Positions 29,843 through 40,270 of a stretch of 64,000 nucleotides of DNA are shown here, in pieces; positions within the stretch are counted from its first letter, which is position 1, and every line of letters starts with the position of its first letter. Location: the NCBI GenBank assembly GCA_013388845.1, contig JACAEN010000016.1, positions 21,898 to 85,897 of the forward strand, read 5' to 3'. A program made the translations under genes and the position numbers. The DNA comes from Chloroflexota bacterium (GTDB taxonomy: Bacteria > Chloroflexota > Dehalococcoidia > GIF9 > AB-539-J10). The notes under the pieces were generated by a model, which was not told the DNA's origin, did not search any database, and saw nothing but the letters and a program-made list of their open reading frames with translations.

Positions 29843-29931
29843 AGGGTAATAATGTTAGCATTAAGTAACGGTGCCGACAAGTAGAGCCATAACGAATGAA
29901 CTGACTTTATGGCTTATGGTAGAATGAGCTT

Positions 29932-30513
29932 TTGCTAATGAAAATTCTTCGTGAAATCGTCATAACTGTTCTTATCGCCGTAGCTGTCTTTTTTGCCCTT
30001 CGGCTAAATATACAGACTTATACCGTGGTCATGTCCAGCATGGAGCCTAGTTTTCAGCAAGGCGAGTGTATTATAGTTAACAAGGTGACTTACCACTCCT
30101 CCGGCCCACAGCGAGGGGATGTAATAATCTTCGACCCGCCGTTTGATTCCCCACACCCTTTTATCAAACGCGTTATTGGCTTGCCCGGCGAGACCGTAGA
30201 GATTAAAGATGGCAAGGTTTTTATTGACGGCGCCCCCTTAGAGGAGGGATATATCATGGCGCCGCCAGATTATACGATGGCAGCCACGAAGATTCCCGAG
30301 AACGAATACTTTGTGCTCGGCGATAATCGCAACTACAGCAACGACTCACATACTGGCTGGACCGTGCCCCGGGATAATATCATCGGCAAGGCCTGGTTCA
30401 CCTACTGGCCGCCAAGCAAGTGGGGAATAGTCAAGCATTACAGCTACCCTGAGTTACCTGAAACTGAGGGACAGGAAACGGTACTCTGTCAGTCGCCTGG
30501 AGGTGCAACTTGA
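29932..30513 (+). CDS. lepB: Signal peptidase I
   Basis: SSMEP (Ser), FIKRVIGLPG (Lys), GDNRNYSNDS. Confidence 0.93.
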   Translation: MLMKILREIVITVLIAVAVFFALRLNIQTYTVVMSSMEPSFQQGECIIVNKVTYHSSGPQRGDVIIFDPPFDSPHPFIKRVIGLPGETVEIKDGKVFIDGAPLEEGYIMAPPDYTMAATKIPENEYFVLGDNRNYSNDSHTGWTVPRDNIIGKAWFTYWPPSKWGIVKHYSYPELPETEGQETVLCQSPGGAT

Positions 30514-31076
30514 GTGACAAGGTGCTAGAGATATTTAAGACGGCTGGAGCAATAAAAGAAGGACATTTCTTGCTCGCCTCAGGATTACATTCGCCTGTTT
30601 ACTGGGAAAAGTTCCGCATCTTGCAACACCCCCACCTTACCACGAAACTATGTCGCCTTATCGTCCAGCACTTTAAAGGGCAAAAAATAGACGTAGTGGC
30701 TGGCCCAACCACTGGCGGTATTATTCTAGCCTTTGAAACCTCTCGCCAGTTAGGAGTGAGGGGCATCTTTGCTGAAAAAGTGGGGGACGTGAGGGTCTTC
30801 CGGCGTGATTTTGAAATTGCGCCTGGCGAACATGTCCTTATTGTGGATGACATCCTGACCACAGGGAGCTCGCTCAGAGAGACCGTAAGTGCTGTGGATA
30901 AACTGGGAGGGATTATCATTGGCATCGGAGTGCTTGTCGACCGCAGTGAGAAAAGTCTGGACTTCAACCTGCCCTTCTTCAGCTGCCTTCGTGCCCCCAC
31001 TATAGCCTATTCACCTCAAGAATGTCCCCTTTGTGCTGCTCACATCCCCCTGGTCAAGCCAGGTGCCCCAAGCTAG
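30510..31076 (+). CDS. pyrE: Orotate phosphoribosyltransferase
   Basis: GHFLLASGLHS, LIVDDILTTGSS PRPP motif. Confidence 0.93.
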   Translation: MSDKVLEIFKTAGAIKEGHFLLASGLHSPVYWEKFRILQHPHLTTKLCRLIVQHFKGQKIDVVAGPTTGGIILAFETSRQLGVRGIFAEKVGDVRVFRRDFEIAPGEHVLIVDDILTTGSSLRETVSAVDKLGGIIIGIGVLVDRSEKSLDFNLPFFSCLRAPTIAYSPQECPLCAAHIPLVKPGAPS

Positions 31077-31136
31077 CAACTTGTTTAGCACCCCCTTTGC
31101 TCAAGGTGATGGTTAAGCAATCACGAGTGCATTTGC

Positions 31137-31165
31137 TTGACACTAGAATAGGGAAAACCTACAAT
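31137..31165 (+). promoter_or_regulatory. Sigma70 promoter for the tRNA cluster
   Basis: TTGACA-17-TACAAT, 9 nt before tRNA-Phe. Confidence 0.7.
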
Positions 31166-31174
31166 ATCCTCGAT

Positions 31175-31250
<76 letters not shown>

Positions 31251-31353
31251 GCTCTGAAATTGTAGAGCAGAGCGAGGTTAACGATGGAACACCTCCAATT
31301 CACAGGGAGGTGTGAGAATGTTTAAATGGGATTAAAGCTTCCACGGTAAATGC

Positions 31354-31441
31354 GCCGAAGTGGCGGAATGGTAGACGCGACAGTCTCAAAAACTGTTGGG
31401 GGGCAACCCCCGTGTCGGTTCGAATCCGACCTTCGGCACCA
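31354..31441 (+). tRNA. tRNA-Leu(CAA)
   Basis: Loop CT-CAA-AA, long variable arm, CCA. Confidence 0.96.
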
Positions 31442-31454
31442 AAACCTGACAAGC

Positions 31455-31528
31455 TGCCGGGTTGTGTAGCGGTAGCACAGAGGACTTTGGATCCTTTAGC
31501 CCAGGTTCGAATCCTGGCCCGGCAGCCA
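31455..31528 (+). tRNA. tRNA-Gln(TTG)
   Basis: Loop CT-TTG-GA, GGTTCGAATCC, CCA. Confidence 0.96.
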
Positions 31529-31586
31529 ACTGAAAACAGAAAAGATGTCAAAAACTCGGTATCTCGATGCCAAAACAAAAACTACA

Positions 31587-32075
31587 ATGAAAAAAACTAA
31601 GCACGTGACTATATATACCGATGGCGCATGCCTGGGAAATCCTGGCCCCGGCGGGTATGGGGTCATACTCCTCTATCGCGGTCACAAAAGAGAGCTATCA
31701 GGGGGGTATGACAAAACTACCAACAATCGAATGGAAATAATGGCTGCGATTGTGGGATTAGAGGCTCTAAAAGAGAAATGCCAGGTGACGCTATACAGTG
31801 ATTCCGAGTACTTAGTCAAGGCGATGTCCAGAGGATGGGCTCAAAGATGGCGAGCAAACAGATGGCAGCGCAGTAAACGGGAAAAGGTGTTGAACCCTGA
31901 CCTCTGGGAGAGGCTTTTGCAACTATGCGACCATCATGAGATAAAGTTTAGCTGGGTTAAGGGTCATGCCGGAACCCTGGAAAATAGACGCTGCGACGAG
32001 CTAGCCATGCAAGCTGCCCAGCAACCGAACTTGCCTGATGATGAGGGTTACATATCCCAGAATAAAACAAGGTAA
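31587..32075 (+). CDS. rnhA: Ribonuclease HI
   Basis: [35 protein letters not shown]. Confidence 0.96.
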   Translation: MKKTKHVTIYTDGACLGNPGPGGYGVILLYRGHKRELSGGYDKTTNNRMEIMAAIVGLEALKEKCQVTLYSDSEYLVKAMSRGWAQRWRANRWQRSKREKVLNPDLWERLLQLCDHHEIKFSWVKGHAGTLENRRCDELAMQAAQQPNLPDDEGYISQNKTR

Positions 32076-32229
32076 ACAGTATGGTACCAGACTATAAATT
32101 CACTGCGACAACAGAGCGAGATGAAGATGGGCTTGGAGGCAGAGACCTAGGAAAACTCATCTTGAGAAAAATCCTAAAAAATGTCAAAATCAATGCTGGC
32201 GACATAAGCAATCGTGCGAAGGTATTCAT

Positions 32230-32304
32230 TCCCCGGTAGCTCAATGGTAGAGTGGGCGGCTGTTAACCGCTTGGTTGCAGGTTCGAGTCCTGCCCGGGGA
32301 GCCA
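32230..32304 (+). tRNA. tRNA-Asn(GTT)
   Basis: TCCCCGG acceptor, loop CT-GTT-AA, CCA. Confidence 0.96.
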
Positions 32305-32326
32305 GGTTCAGACTTGTGACTTGCCA

Positions 32327-32584
32327 ATGGATAAAACTTTGTACTTCGTCTATGTCCTGCGAAATCCTCAAGGTCGATTGTACGTGGGCTTTACCACCGA
32401 CTTAGAGAGGCGTGTCCGTCAACATCAGGAAGGCGAGGGTGGCTGGACTCATAGCCGTGGTCCATGGGAGTTAGTTCACTTTGAGGGCTTCACCACGCGG
32501 GCAGAGGCTCTGCGGCGAGAGCGTAATTCGAAGCGTGGTAAAACAAACCAAGAACTTCGGGAGCGTTTTAGCGGAGTTAGGTAG
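32327..32584 (+). CDS. Stand-alone GIY-YIG nuclease (85 aa), linked to tRNA-Asn
   Basis: VYVL...LYVGFTTDLERRVRQH...EALRRE. Stop codon lies in the D-loop of the downstream tRNA copy. Confidence 0.9.
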   Translation: MDKTLYFVYVLRNPQGRLYVGFTTDLERRVRQHQEGEGGWTHSRGPWELVHFEGFTTRAEALRRERNSKRGKTNQELRERFSGVR

Positions 32585-32658
32585 AGTGGGTCCTTCTGTA
32601 GAAGGATTAACCGCTTGGTTGCAGGTTCTCCTTCCAAAGAAAGGACTGCCCGAGGAGC
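32569..32658 (+). pseudogene. Degenerate tRNA-Asn copy with two hairpin substitutions
   Basis: ggtagagtggg-[tccttctgtagaagga]-ttaaccgcttggttgcaggttc-[tccttccaaagaaagga]-ctgcccgaggagc aligns to tRNA-Asn 32230-32304. Confidence 0.88.
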
Positions 32659-32807
32659 TTGGAATTCACCCAAGGCTTTCATAATCACTCCTCGGGAAAA
32701 TTGTCCTCATTCGTCTCCTGTTTGCTTGACAGTGTGGGGGGTGATATAGTACAAGTTATGATTTGAGTGAGACTCAAGAAATTAGCGCCAGAAAGGGAGC
32801 GAGCAAA

Positions 32808-33047
32808 ATGAGTGAGAACCAAACCTTTGAACAGTTAAAAAAGTTAATCGTGGAGCTGTTGGAGGTTGACGAATCCAAAGTGGTCCCCGAGGCGTCATTT
32901 GCTGATGACTTCAATGCTGATAGCCTGGACTTCATTGAATTGATTACGGCGGTGGAAGACACCTTCAAAATCGAAATTCCTGATGAGGACGCGGAAAACT
33001 TGCAAACCGTTCAGGACGCAATTGACTACATCGAATCAAAAATCTAG
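32808..33047 (+). CDS. acpP: Acyl carrier protein
   Basis: [14 protein letters not shown] phosphopantetheine site, EIPDEDAE. Confidence 0.94.
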   Translation: MSENQTFEQLKKLIVELLEVDESKVVPEASFADDFNADSLDFIELITAVEDTFKIEIPDEDAENLQTVQDAIDYIESKI

Positions 33048-33160
33048 AAGGTAGCCACCACTGGAATAAGCCTTCATACCTCCTTACTACTTATAATTAG
33101 CTAGGAGCGGAGATTTAGCTTAAAAAGCTTTTTAGACTAGACAGCAAGTATTGAGCAAGC

Positions 33161-34408
33161 GTGAACAGTGCACTTAAAAGAAGAGTAGTAATCACTGGAC
33201 TTGGTGCCGTTACCCCTTTAGCCACAGGTGTTGAGGAATCTTGGCGAAAGCTGTGCCAGGGCAAATCAGGGATAGCCAGAATCACTAAATTTGACCCCTC
33301 TGGTTTTAACGTCCAAATCGCTGCCGAGCTTAAGGATTTTCATCCTGAAGATTTTCTGGATAGGAAAAAGATTAGAAGGACAGACCCCTTCATACAGTAT
33401 GCGCTAGTGGCCGCTCGCATGGCAATAGATGATGCCTCGTTGACTATAAATGAGAATAACGCCAGCAGGGTAGGAGTAGTGCTGGGTTCTTGTGCTGGCG
33501 GCATGAACATGTATGAAAAGAACCTTTTCGCCCTTCATAACGAGGGGCCAGAGAAGGTTTCCCCTTTCTTCATTCCTGGATTCATAGCCAATATGTCGGC
33601 AGGGGAAGTCTCCATGGCTTTTGGTGCCCGGGGACCCAGCAAATGCGTGGTTACTGCCTGTGCCACCGGAAACAATTGTATTGGTGATGCTTTCAGACTT
33701 ATACAGTATGGTGAAGCCGATGCCATGATTGCCGGTGGAAGCGATGCCTACATCCTCCCCATTGCCATTGCCGGATTCGACAAAATGAGAGCCCTCTCCC
33801 GAAGAAATAATGAGCCCGAGAAGGCGAGCCGCCCTTTTGATAAAGACCGTGATGGTTTTGTAATCGGCGAAGGTGCGGGAGTTGTTATCTTAGAGGAGAT
33901 GGAATCAGCTATACGAAGGGGAGCCAAAATCTATGCTGAGCTCGCCGGCTACGGCTCCAATATCGATAGCTTTCATATAACCGAGCCTGACTGGGAAAAT
34001 CAAGCCCGGTGTCTTAAGTTAGCCTTGAGCGACGCCGCCATCTCGCCTAGCGATGTTGACTACATCAACGCCCATGGAACATCTACTATTCTCAATGATG
34101 CATCAGAGACCAGAGCCATAAAGGCAGCCTTGGGAGAGCACAGCAAAAAGGTGCCCATAAGCTCCAATAAATCTATGATCGGTCACTTATTGGGCGCAGC
34201 AGGTGTAGTAGAAGCTATTTTCACTGTTCTTACTATCAGGGATGGCATTATACCGCCTACCATAAATTACGAGACTCCAGACCCCGAGTGTGACTTAGAT
34301 TATGTCCCTAATATCGCCAGAAAAGCAGAGGTGAATGTAGCTCTTTCCAACTCCTTTGGCTTCGGCGGCGTCAACGCTGCCCTAGTTTTTAAGAAGTTTA
34401 AGGAATAG
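33161..34408 (+). CDS. fabF: 3-oxoacyl-ACP synthase II
   Basis: [33 protein letters not shown]. Confidence 0.96.
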   Translation: MNSALKRRVVITGLGAVTPLATGVEESWRKLCQGKSGIARITKFDPSGFNVQIAAELKDFHPEDFLDRKKIRRTDPFIQYALVAARMAIDDASLTINENNASRVGVVLGSCAGGMNMYEKNLFALHNEGPEKVSPFFIPGFIANMSAGEVSMAFGARGPSKCVVTACATGNNCIGDAFRLIQYGEADAMIAGGSDAYILPIAIAGFDKMRALSRRNNEPEKASRPFDKDRDGFVIGEGAGVVILEEMESAIRRGAKIYAELAGYGSNIDSFHITEPDWENQARCLKLALSDAAISPSDVDYINAHGTSTILNDASETRAIKAALGEHSKKVPISSNKSMIGHLLGAAGVVEAIFTVLTIRDGIIPPTINYETPDPECDLDYVPNIARKAEVNVALSNSFGFGGVNAALVFKKFKE

Positions 34409-34952
34409 TAATCCCCAAGGCGTTGTTCAGGGCATCCCACAATTCCGCTTCACTCCTGAACGCCCCAATTTTGACGTACGTCACTATACCTTCGCTATCG
34501 ATAAAGAATGTAAATGGAATCTTCCCTGGGTTACCGTAGACCTGGCAATAGTTCACAAAAACCTGTCCATTAATATCCAGAGCTACTATCATCGGTTCGT
34601 AGTCGCCGAGGAGGTTTTCCAAGAACTTTTGTACCGTCGAAGCGTTTTGACCAATATTAACAGCGACTACTTCTATCTTTCCTGCGCCTTGTTGAGCTGT
34701 AGACTCAAGGTAGGGCAGTTGCTGGACACAATAGAAACAAGTTGTAGTCCAGAAATTGAGCACTACCGGGGTGCCTTCCAGCTCAGACAGGGTTATGTTA
34801 GCCCCTGTTAAGGTAGGCAATGTGAAGTCCGGCGCCTCAGTTCCCCATGGACTGAGAGAATTACAACCCAGAGCGATTCCCACCAGAGCCAGAATCGCGA
34901 TAATCACGGTTATCATTCTTAACGAAGCCTTCTTTGGCATTCTACTGGCCAT
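34398..34952 (-). CDS. TlpA/ResA-like thioredoxin lipoprotein
   Basis: Lipobox [22 protein letters not shown]. Confidence 0.88.
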   Translation of the reverse strand: MASRMPKKASLRMITVIIAILALVGIALGCNSLSPWGTEAPDFTLPTLTGANITLSELEGTPVVLNFWTTTCFYCVQQLPYLESTAQQGAGKIEVVAVNIGQNASTVQKFLENLLGDYEPMIVALDINGQVFVNYCQVYGNPGKIPFTFFIDSEGIVTYVKIGAFRSEAELWDALNNALGITIP

Positions 34953-35643
34953 ATTGATAACCTCCTGTCATAAGCCCACTGAGATACTTTAGGTAACCCG
35001 TCAACATCAGAATTCCCATGCTGATAAGCAGCACTCCGGCTATTACGGAAATGACGAGAGCATGGCGGCTCAGCCATCTCAGGTACCGCGATGCAGACTC
35101 CCACGCCAGCCCCACAGCGATGAAAGGCAGCCCCAATCCTAAACAATAAGCAAGTAAAAGATAAGCTTTCTGCCACGCTGTTTGCGAGTTTGCAACCATG
35201 GTCAATACGCCCCCAAGCTGCGGGCCAGTGCACGAAGTCCAGCCCAAGGCAAATATTATACCTATTAGCAGTGACCTTAGATAGCCTGAGCCTTTAACTA
35301 TGGTGAAATTGAGGCGTTTCTCATAGTTAAGCCACGGTACCTTAGTTGCAGCTATTAGGAATATGCCGAACACGATTAACAGAGCGCCAGCTACTTTTTC
35401 TAAAACTCCTCGCGGCACCACAGCTCCCAATAAGCCAAGAAGACCTCCTAAAGCGATGTAAATCAGAGAAAAACCAACTACGAAGCTAATGGTATGGAGG
35501 AGAACATATCTTCGGTCGGGAGGCTCTGGAGTAAGAACTGATGTTCCAGCTATATTAGCCAGATATGCCGGAACCAGTGGCAAAATACAAGGTGATAAGA
35601 AAGATGAAATCCCTAAGCCGAGAGCGGCTAAGATGTCTAGCAT
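34942..35643 (-). CDS. ccdA: Cytochrome c biogenesis protein CcdA
   Basis: SFLSPCILPLVPAY, GWTSCTGP, YCLGLGLPF. Confidence 0.9.
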   Translation of the reverse strand: MLDILAALGLGISSFLSPCILPLVPAYLANIAGTSVLTPEPPDRRYVLLHTISFVVGFSLIYIALGGLLGLLGAVVPRGVLEKVAGALLIVFGIFLIAATKVPWLNYEKRLNFTIVKGSGYLRSLLIGIIFALGWTSCTGPQLGGVLTMVANSQTAWQKAYLLLAYCLGLGLPFIAVGLAWESASRYLRWLSRHALVISVIAGVLLISMGILMLTGYLKYLSGLMTGGYQYGQ

Positions 35644-35739
35644 CTCTAGATCCTTTTTGCTTAGTATAGCAATTCTGCCATAAATTCAACAGCATAAAGC
35701 TTTTGCTAGCACACAGTATTTGATACAATAATTAACGTT

Positions 35740-35812
35740 GGGGCTGTAGCTTAGCTGGGAGAGCGCCTGCTTTGCAAGCAGGAGGTCAGGGGTTCGAATC
35801 CCCTCAGCTCCA
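35740..35812 (+). tRNA. tRNA-Ala(TGC), CCA not encoded
   Basis: GGGGCTG/CAGCTCC acceptor with G3:U70, loop TT-TGC-AA. Confidence 0.97.
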
Positions 35813-35823
35813 TTCACGTCGAT

Positions 35824-36072
35824 ATGTTTTATGCATATATTCTTCAAAGTGAGACAGGTAATCGATATTACATTGGTTCTACAAAGGATCTATCTCGTAG
35901 AGTAATTGAGCATAATCGAGGAAAAAGCAACTCAACAAAGCCTTATCGTCCCTGGAAGCTGGTGTATTGCGAGTGTTTTCAAACTCTGGCCGAAGCCAGA
36001 CAAAGAGAACAAGAGATTAAATCGTGGAAAAGTCACGAATATCTGAGAAAAACGCTTGGATTGAACGCTTAA
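35824..36072 (+). CDS. Stand-alone GIY-YIG nuclease, copy 1 (82 aa)
   Basis: FYAYILQS...YYIGSTKDLSRRVIEHN...PWKLVY.E.F....EARQREQEIK. Confidence 0.92.
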   Translation: MFYAYILQSETGNRYYIGSTKDLSRRVIEHNRGKSNSTKPYRPWKLVYCECFQTLAEARQREQEIKSWKSHEYLRKTLGLNA

Positions 36073-36131
36073 TCAGGCAGAGCGTCCCGATTGCATCGGG
36101 GAGGTCAGGGGTTCGAATCCCCTCAGCTCCA
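36057..36131 (+). pseudogene. Degenerate tRNA-Ala copy 1 with rewritten anticodon stem
   Basis: D-arm gctt-aatcaggca-gagc, arm tcccg-attgcat-cgggg, T-arm and 3' acceptor identical to tRNA-Ala. Confidence 0.85.
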
Positions 36132-36142
36132 TTCACGTCGAT

Positions 36143-36375
36143 ATGTTTTATACATATATCCTTCAAAGTGAGACAAGTAATCGATATTACATTGGTTCTA
36201 CAAAGGATCCATCCCGTAGAGTAATTGAGCATAATCGAGGAAAAAGCAACTCAACAAAGCCTTATCGTCCCTGGAAGCTGGTGTATTGCGAGTGTTTTCA
36301 AACTCTGGCCGAAGCCAGACAAAGGGAGCAAGAGATTAAATCGTGGAAAAGTCACGAATATCTGAGAAAAACGCT

Positions 36376-36391
<16 letters not shown>
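36143..36391 (+). CDS. Stand-alone GIY-YIG nuclease, copy 2 (82 aa)
   Basis: Near-identical to copy 1 (A4T, G12S, L23P). Confidence 0.92.
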
Positions 36392-36453
<62 letters not shown>

Positions 36454-36454
36454 C

Positions 36455-37045
36455 TCACAAATCCGCAAACACTTGGGGGGCTATTTCCTTCACTATTCTT
36501 CGTATTTCCTCGGCAACAGCTCTAAACTCCGGAAGCGCTCGTTTGGATGTGCGCAACTTGATGATGTGGCGAATTTCGCGGAAATTCCAGGTGCAGATTA
36601 TTTGGCTCTCGCAGGCGTTGGGGAGAACATAGCGAGCAATTTCAGCTTTTATCCCCTTGGCTAATAAGTCACCATAGGCTCGCCAGCAAGTTGCCATTAC
36701 TTCCTTGAATTGCTTATGGGCGGATTCGTCGTCCTTAATTGGAGGCGGCTCGATATATCTGGGCTCGGTTTCCTTCACATAGCGCTGGCTTCTCTGGCTA
36801 TAACTTGCCAATCTGTGCCGCACAAGCTCGTGGGTCAGGACGCGGCTGGCACGGATATAGAAGGTAGCACAAGCATGTTCAATCATTGATTCATGCCCGA
36901 CCTCCAGCCACTTCTGAATTCGGTCGGGCACTGTGCCTGTTTTATCCTGTGTGTCCCAGCACAGCCTGCCTGCCGTCTCTATCAATCTTTCGGCGTCAGG
37001 GGTGACGGCAAGTAGCTTCACCTCTATGTCATACCTATCGGTCAT
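36455..37045 (-). CDS. thyX: FAD-dependent thymidylate synthase
   Basis: GHESMIEH, THELVRHRLASYSQRSQRY, EIARYVLP. Confidence 0.95.
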   Translation of the reverse strand: MTDRYDIEVKLLAVTPDAERLIETAGRLCWDTQDKTGTVPDRIQKWLEVGHESMIEHACATFYIRASRVLTHELVRHRLASYSQRSQRYVKETEPRYIEPPPIKDDESAHKQFKEVMATCWRAYGDLLAKGIKAEIARYVLPNACESQIICTWNFREIRHIIKLRTSKRALPEFRAVAEEIRRIVKEIAPQVFADL

Positions 37046-37074
37046 CGCCTATTTGCTAAAGCACAGGTTTACCC

Positions 37075-37151
37075 TGGCGTCCCTGGAGGGATTCGAACCC
37101 ACGACCCGCTGCTTAGAAGGCAGCCGCTCTATCCAGCTGAGCTACAGGGAC
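37075..37151 (-). tRNA. tRNA-Arg(TCT)
   Basis: GCTGC-CT-TCT-AA-GCAGC arm, CCA. Confidence 0.96.
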
Positions 37152-37321
37152 AACCAAATTAAGTATAACATGATAGAGCTGGAATGATAAGAATATAGGG
37201 GTGAGTTAGTCTTTGTGAGCCTGTGCTACGTGCTTCCGCCAGCATTTCTCGTGCACATAGACGGCACACTTGGCGCAGTAATAAATATGGGCTCTGGCTT
37301 CCTTGCTGCAGACAGGACATC

Positions 37322-37579
37322 TCATCTCTTATCAGCTCCACTATCCTTTTCTTTCTTCCTTAATCCTTCAGGATTTTCAGGATTAGCCCTTTTTTGTCTC
37401 TCCTCCCGGGAGTCAGTTACATAAAAGCCCGGCCCGTTAAATATGACAGGGACCGGAGAGAAAAGGCGACGGGCAATTCCGTGGCAGCTAGGACAATCAG
37501 CTATTAGCTTATCAGAAAAGCTCTGCTTAAGCTCAAATTGCAGATTACAATCCAGGCAGCGATACTGATAAGTGGGCAT
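37322..37579 (-). CDS. FmdB family zinc-ribbon regulatory protein
   Basis: MPTYQYRCLDC...CPSCHG...FNGPGFYVTD. Confidence 0.9.
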   Translation of the reverse strand: MPTYQYRCLDCNLQFELKQSFSDKLIADCPSCHGIARRLFSPVPVIFNGPGFYVTDSREERQKRANPENPEGLRKKEKDSGADKR

Positions 37580-37591
37580 TGATATCCTCCT

Positions 37592-37843
37592 TTATTCCAA
37601 AAGAGGCGTCTGCTCTTCTGGGCTTTGCTCGCCTGAGACTTGTGCCTTGGAGACCTGCTCCTCTTTCTTATCCTCTCTAGCTTTAAACTCTCCATCCAGA
37701 TTGACTGTGCCTATCTCAAAAGGCGGCTTATGAGCTTGCAATACATGCTCATCCCAACAGTAGGCGTGTATAAAGACACCACAAGAACAATGGAAAACAA
37801 TCCTGTCATAAAGCAACGGATTCCCGCATACAGTACAATTCAT
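37592..37843 (-). CDS. Hypothetical Cys/His-rich zinc-finger-like protein
   Basis: CTVC...CSC...HAYC...H. AGGAGG RBS. Confidence 0.7.
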   Translation of the reverse strand: MNCTVCGNPLLYDRIVFHCSCGVFIHAYCWDEHVLQAHKPPFEIGTVNLDGEFKAREDKKEEQVSKAQVSGEQSPEEQTPLLE

Positions 37844-38007
37844 CTACTTACCTCCTACTAGCACTCCTAATCCCGAAGTGCTAATTATAGCGTGCTGATA
37901 GAGTTTCATCAAGCTTTTCGTTGGTAATTATCCTGTACATCGCGGCTACCCTTGGCAGCAAGGCACAAAGCCTACCTAGTTGACAATCTGTTTTCTTAGC
38001 CGTTAAT

Positions 38008-39057
38008 ATGGACTCGTTTTTTATGAGCATAAAAGGTAGCCTGCCTGAGTCCTTCACGTCTTATCGCACTCCAGTGCGAGCTGAGTTAAGAAAGGTTGTC
38101 GACAGTTGCCCCCCAGTTCTTCGTAACATGCTACGATATCACATGGGCTGGCAAGATGAGCACGGACATTCCTGCCAGAGAGAATCGGGCAAATTCATTC
38201 GCTCTGCCCTTTGCCTTCTTAGCTGCCAAGCGGTGGGGGGTGACACATCGCAGGTAATGCCCGCCGCCGCCGCCGTTGAGCTTATCCACAATTTTTCCTT
38301 AATCCATGATGATATAGAAGATGCCAGCCATGAGCGTCATCACCGGCCAACCGTATGGAGATTGTGGGGCCAGTCTCAAGCAATAAACGCCGGCGATGCC
38401 ATGTTTACTCTAGCTTATTTAGCGTTGCTTAAGCTAAAAGAGAAAGGGATAACTGATGAAAAGATCATTGGTTCGACTAAAATGTTGAGCCGGGCTTGTT
38501 TGGAGCTTTGTGAGGGGCAATACTTAGACATCGAATACGAGAACCATCTCGACACCACCATCGAGGATTACCTTAACATGGCAGTCAAGAAGACAGCAGC
38601 TTTGTTTGCCGCATCGACCTCTTTGGGAGCATACCTAGGCAGTGAAGATAGTAAGTTGGTGGAATTTTTTCGCCTGTTCGGCAAAGAATTAGGCATAGCC
38701 TATCAGATTTGTGATGACATATTAGGAATCTGGGGAATGGAGGAAAGCGTTGGCAAATCTGTTAGCGATATCTTTCAGAGGAAGAAAACTTTGCCTGTAG
38801 TTTACGGATTGCAAACTAGCGGGGGGGAGGCAAGAAAGAGGCTAAAGAAGCTTTATTCTCAAAAGTCCATCGAGGGCGAAGATATCACAGAGGTTATGAA
38901 AATTCTGAACCGATTGGGCGCCAGGGGTTATGCTGAGAATCTGGCTGAGCAGTACTATTACAAAGCTCTGGCACACCTCGAGGCTACCGGTCTTGACACA
39001 TCCAGGCAAGCTCCACTTAAACAGACAGCTCAGTTTCTACTAAAGCGCGACTTCTAG
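38008..39057 (+). CDS. Polyprenyl diphosphate synthase (GGPP synthase type)
   Basis: GKFIRS, IHDDIED..ER, GQYLDI, KKTA, QICDDILG. Confidence 0.92.
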   Translation: MDSFFMSIKGSLPESFTSYRTPVRAELRKVVDSCPPVLRNMLRYHMGWQDEHGHSCQRESGKFIRSALCLLSCQAVGGDTSQVMPAAAAVELIHNFSLIHDDIEDASHERHHRPTVWRLWGQSQAINAGDAMFTLAYLALLKLKEKGITDEKIIGSTKMLSRACLELCEGQYLDIEYENHLDTTIEDYLNMAVKKTAALFAASTSLGAYLGSEDSKLVEFFRLFGKELGIAYQICDDILGIWGMEESVGKSVSDIFQRKKTLPVVYGLQTSGGEARKRLKKLYSQKSIEGEDITEVMKILNRLGARGYAENLAEQYYYKALAHLEATGLDTSRQAPLKQTAQFLLKRDF

Positions 39058-39065
39058 GAGGAAAA

Positions 39066-40256
39066 ATGCCGAAAAAGACTGTTGAAGATATACAGGTCAA
39101 GGGCAAGAGGGTTCTACTCAGAGTCGATTTTAACGTCCCACTGGATATAAACACTGGCGCTATCAGCGACGATAGCCGCATTCGAGCTTCACTACCTACT
39201 ATTAAATATCTCGTTGACCATGAAGCCAAGGTAATCATTTGCTCTCATTTAGGACGCCCTGGGGGCAAAGTGGTGGAAACCTTGCGGATGGCGCCAATAG
39301 CGGAGAGATTGTCACAACTTATGGGATTGCCTATCAGCACAGCATCGGATTGCATAGGGCAAAAAGTAGAAAGCCAAGTAAGGACACTTAGAGAGGGCGA
39401 TATTCTGGTTTTGGAAAATCTGCGCTTTCACCCCGAAGAGGAAGCAAATGATCCCAGCTTTGCCCGGAAGCTAGCTAAGTTAGCTGATATTTACGTTAAT
39501 GATGCCTTTGGCACTGCTCACCGGGCTCATGCTTCTACCGTGGGCGTCGCTAAACACTTGCCAGCAGTGGCTGGCTTTTTAATGAAGAAAGAGCTAGAGG
39601 TTATGGAGAGGCTCTTGCATAATCCAGAGCGACCCTCAGCCTGCCTTATCGGCGGCGCTAAGGTGAGCGACAAGATAGAGCTATTGCAAAATATGCTGAG
39701 AAAGGTTGACAAGTTGCTGGTTGGTGGTAGCATGGCTGCTACTTTCTTTAAGACGCAGGGGTATGAAGTGGGACATTCTTTGATAGAGGATGACAAGTTA
39801 GGACTGGCTAAGAAGTTGCTACAGGAAGCCAAGATGTGGAAGGTACCATTTCTACTGCCCATTGATGCAGTTGTGGCGGAAGAAATTATAGCCGGAGCCT
39901 CAACGAGAGTAATGCCAATAAGTAATATACCGTCTGGTAGCCATATCGTAGATATTGGCCCTCAATCCGTTGAGCTTTTCTGCAACGAACTGAAAAAATG
40001 TCGCACTATCATGTGGAATGGTCCTATGGGTATTTATGAAATACCTCAATTTGCTCATGGAACCAAAGCTATAGCTAGGTTCTTATCTACACTAAATGCC
40101 ACCACTGTCATCGGCGGTGGCTCCTCTGCCGAAATAGTTCAGGAAATGGGGCTAGCTGATAAAATGACCCACGTTTCCACAGGGGGGGGTGCCAGCTTGA
40201 GGTTCTTGGAAGGCGCTAAACTACCTGGTGTGGAGGTTTTGTTAGATAAGAAATAG
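39066..40256 (+). CDS. pgk: Phosphoglycerate kinase
   Basis: RVDFNVP, SHLGRP, ENLRFH, NDAFGTAHRAH, STGGGASL. Confidence 0.97.
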   Translation: MPKKTVEDIQVKGKRVLLRVDFNVPLDINTGAISDDSRIRASLPTIKYLVDHEAKVIICSHLGRPGGKVVETLRMAPIAERLSQLMGLPISTASDCIGQKVESQVRTLREGDILVLENLRFHPEEEANDPSFARKLAKLADIYVNDAFGTAHRAHASTVGVAKHLPAVAGFLMKKELEVMERLLHNPERPSACLIGGAKVSDKIELLQNMLRKVDKLLVGGSMAATFFKTQGYEVGHSLIEDDKLGLAKKLLQEAKMWKVPFLLPIDAVVAEEIIAGASTRVMPISNIPSGSHIVDIGPQSVELFCNELKKCRTIMWNGPMGIYEIPQFAHGTKAIARFLSTLNATTVIGGGSSAEIVQEMGLADKMTHVSTGGGASLRFLEGAKLPGVEVLLDKK

Positions 40257-40270
40257 CGGGAGGTTGTGAA

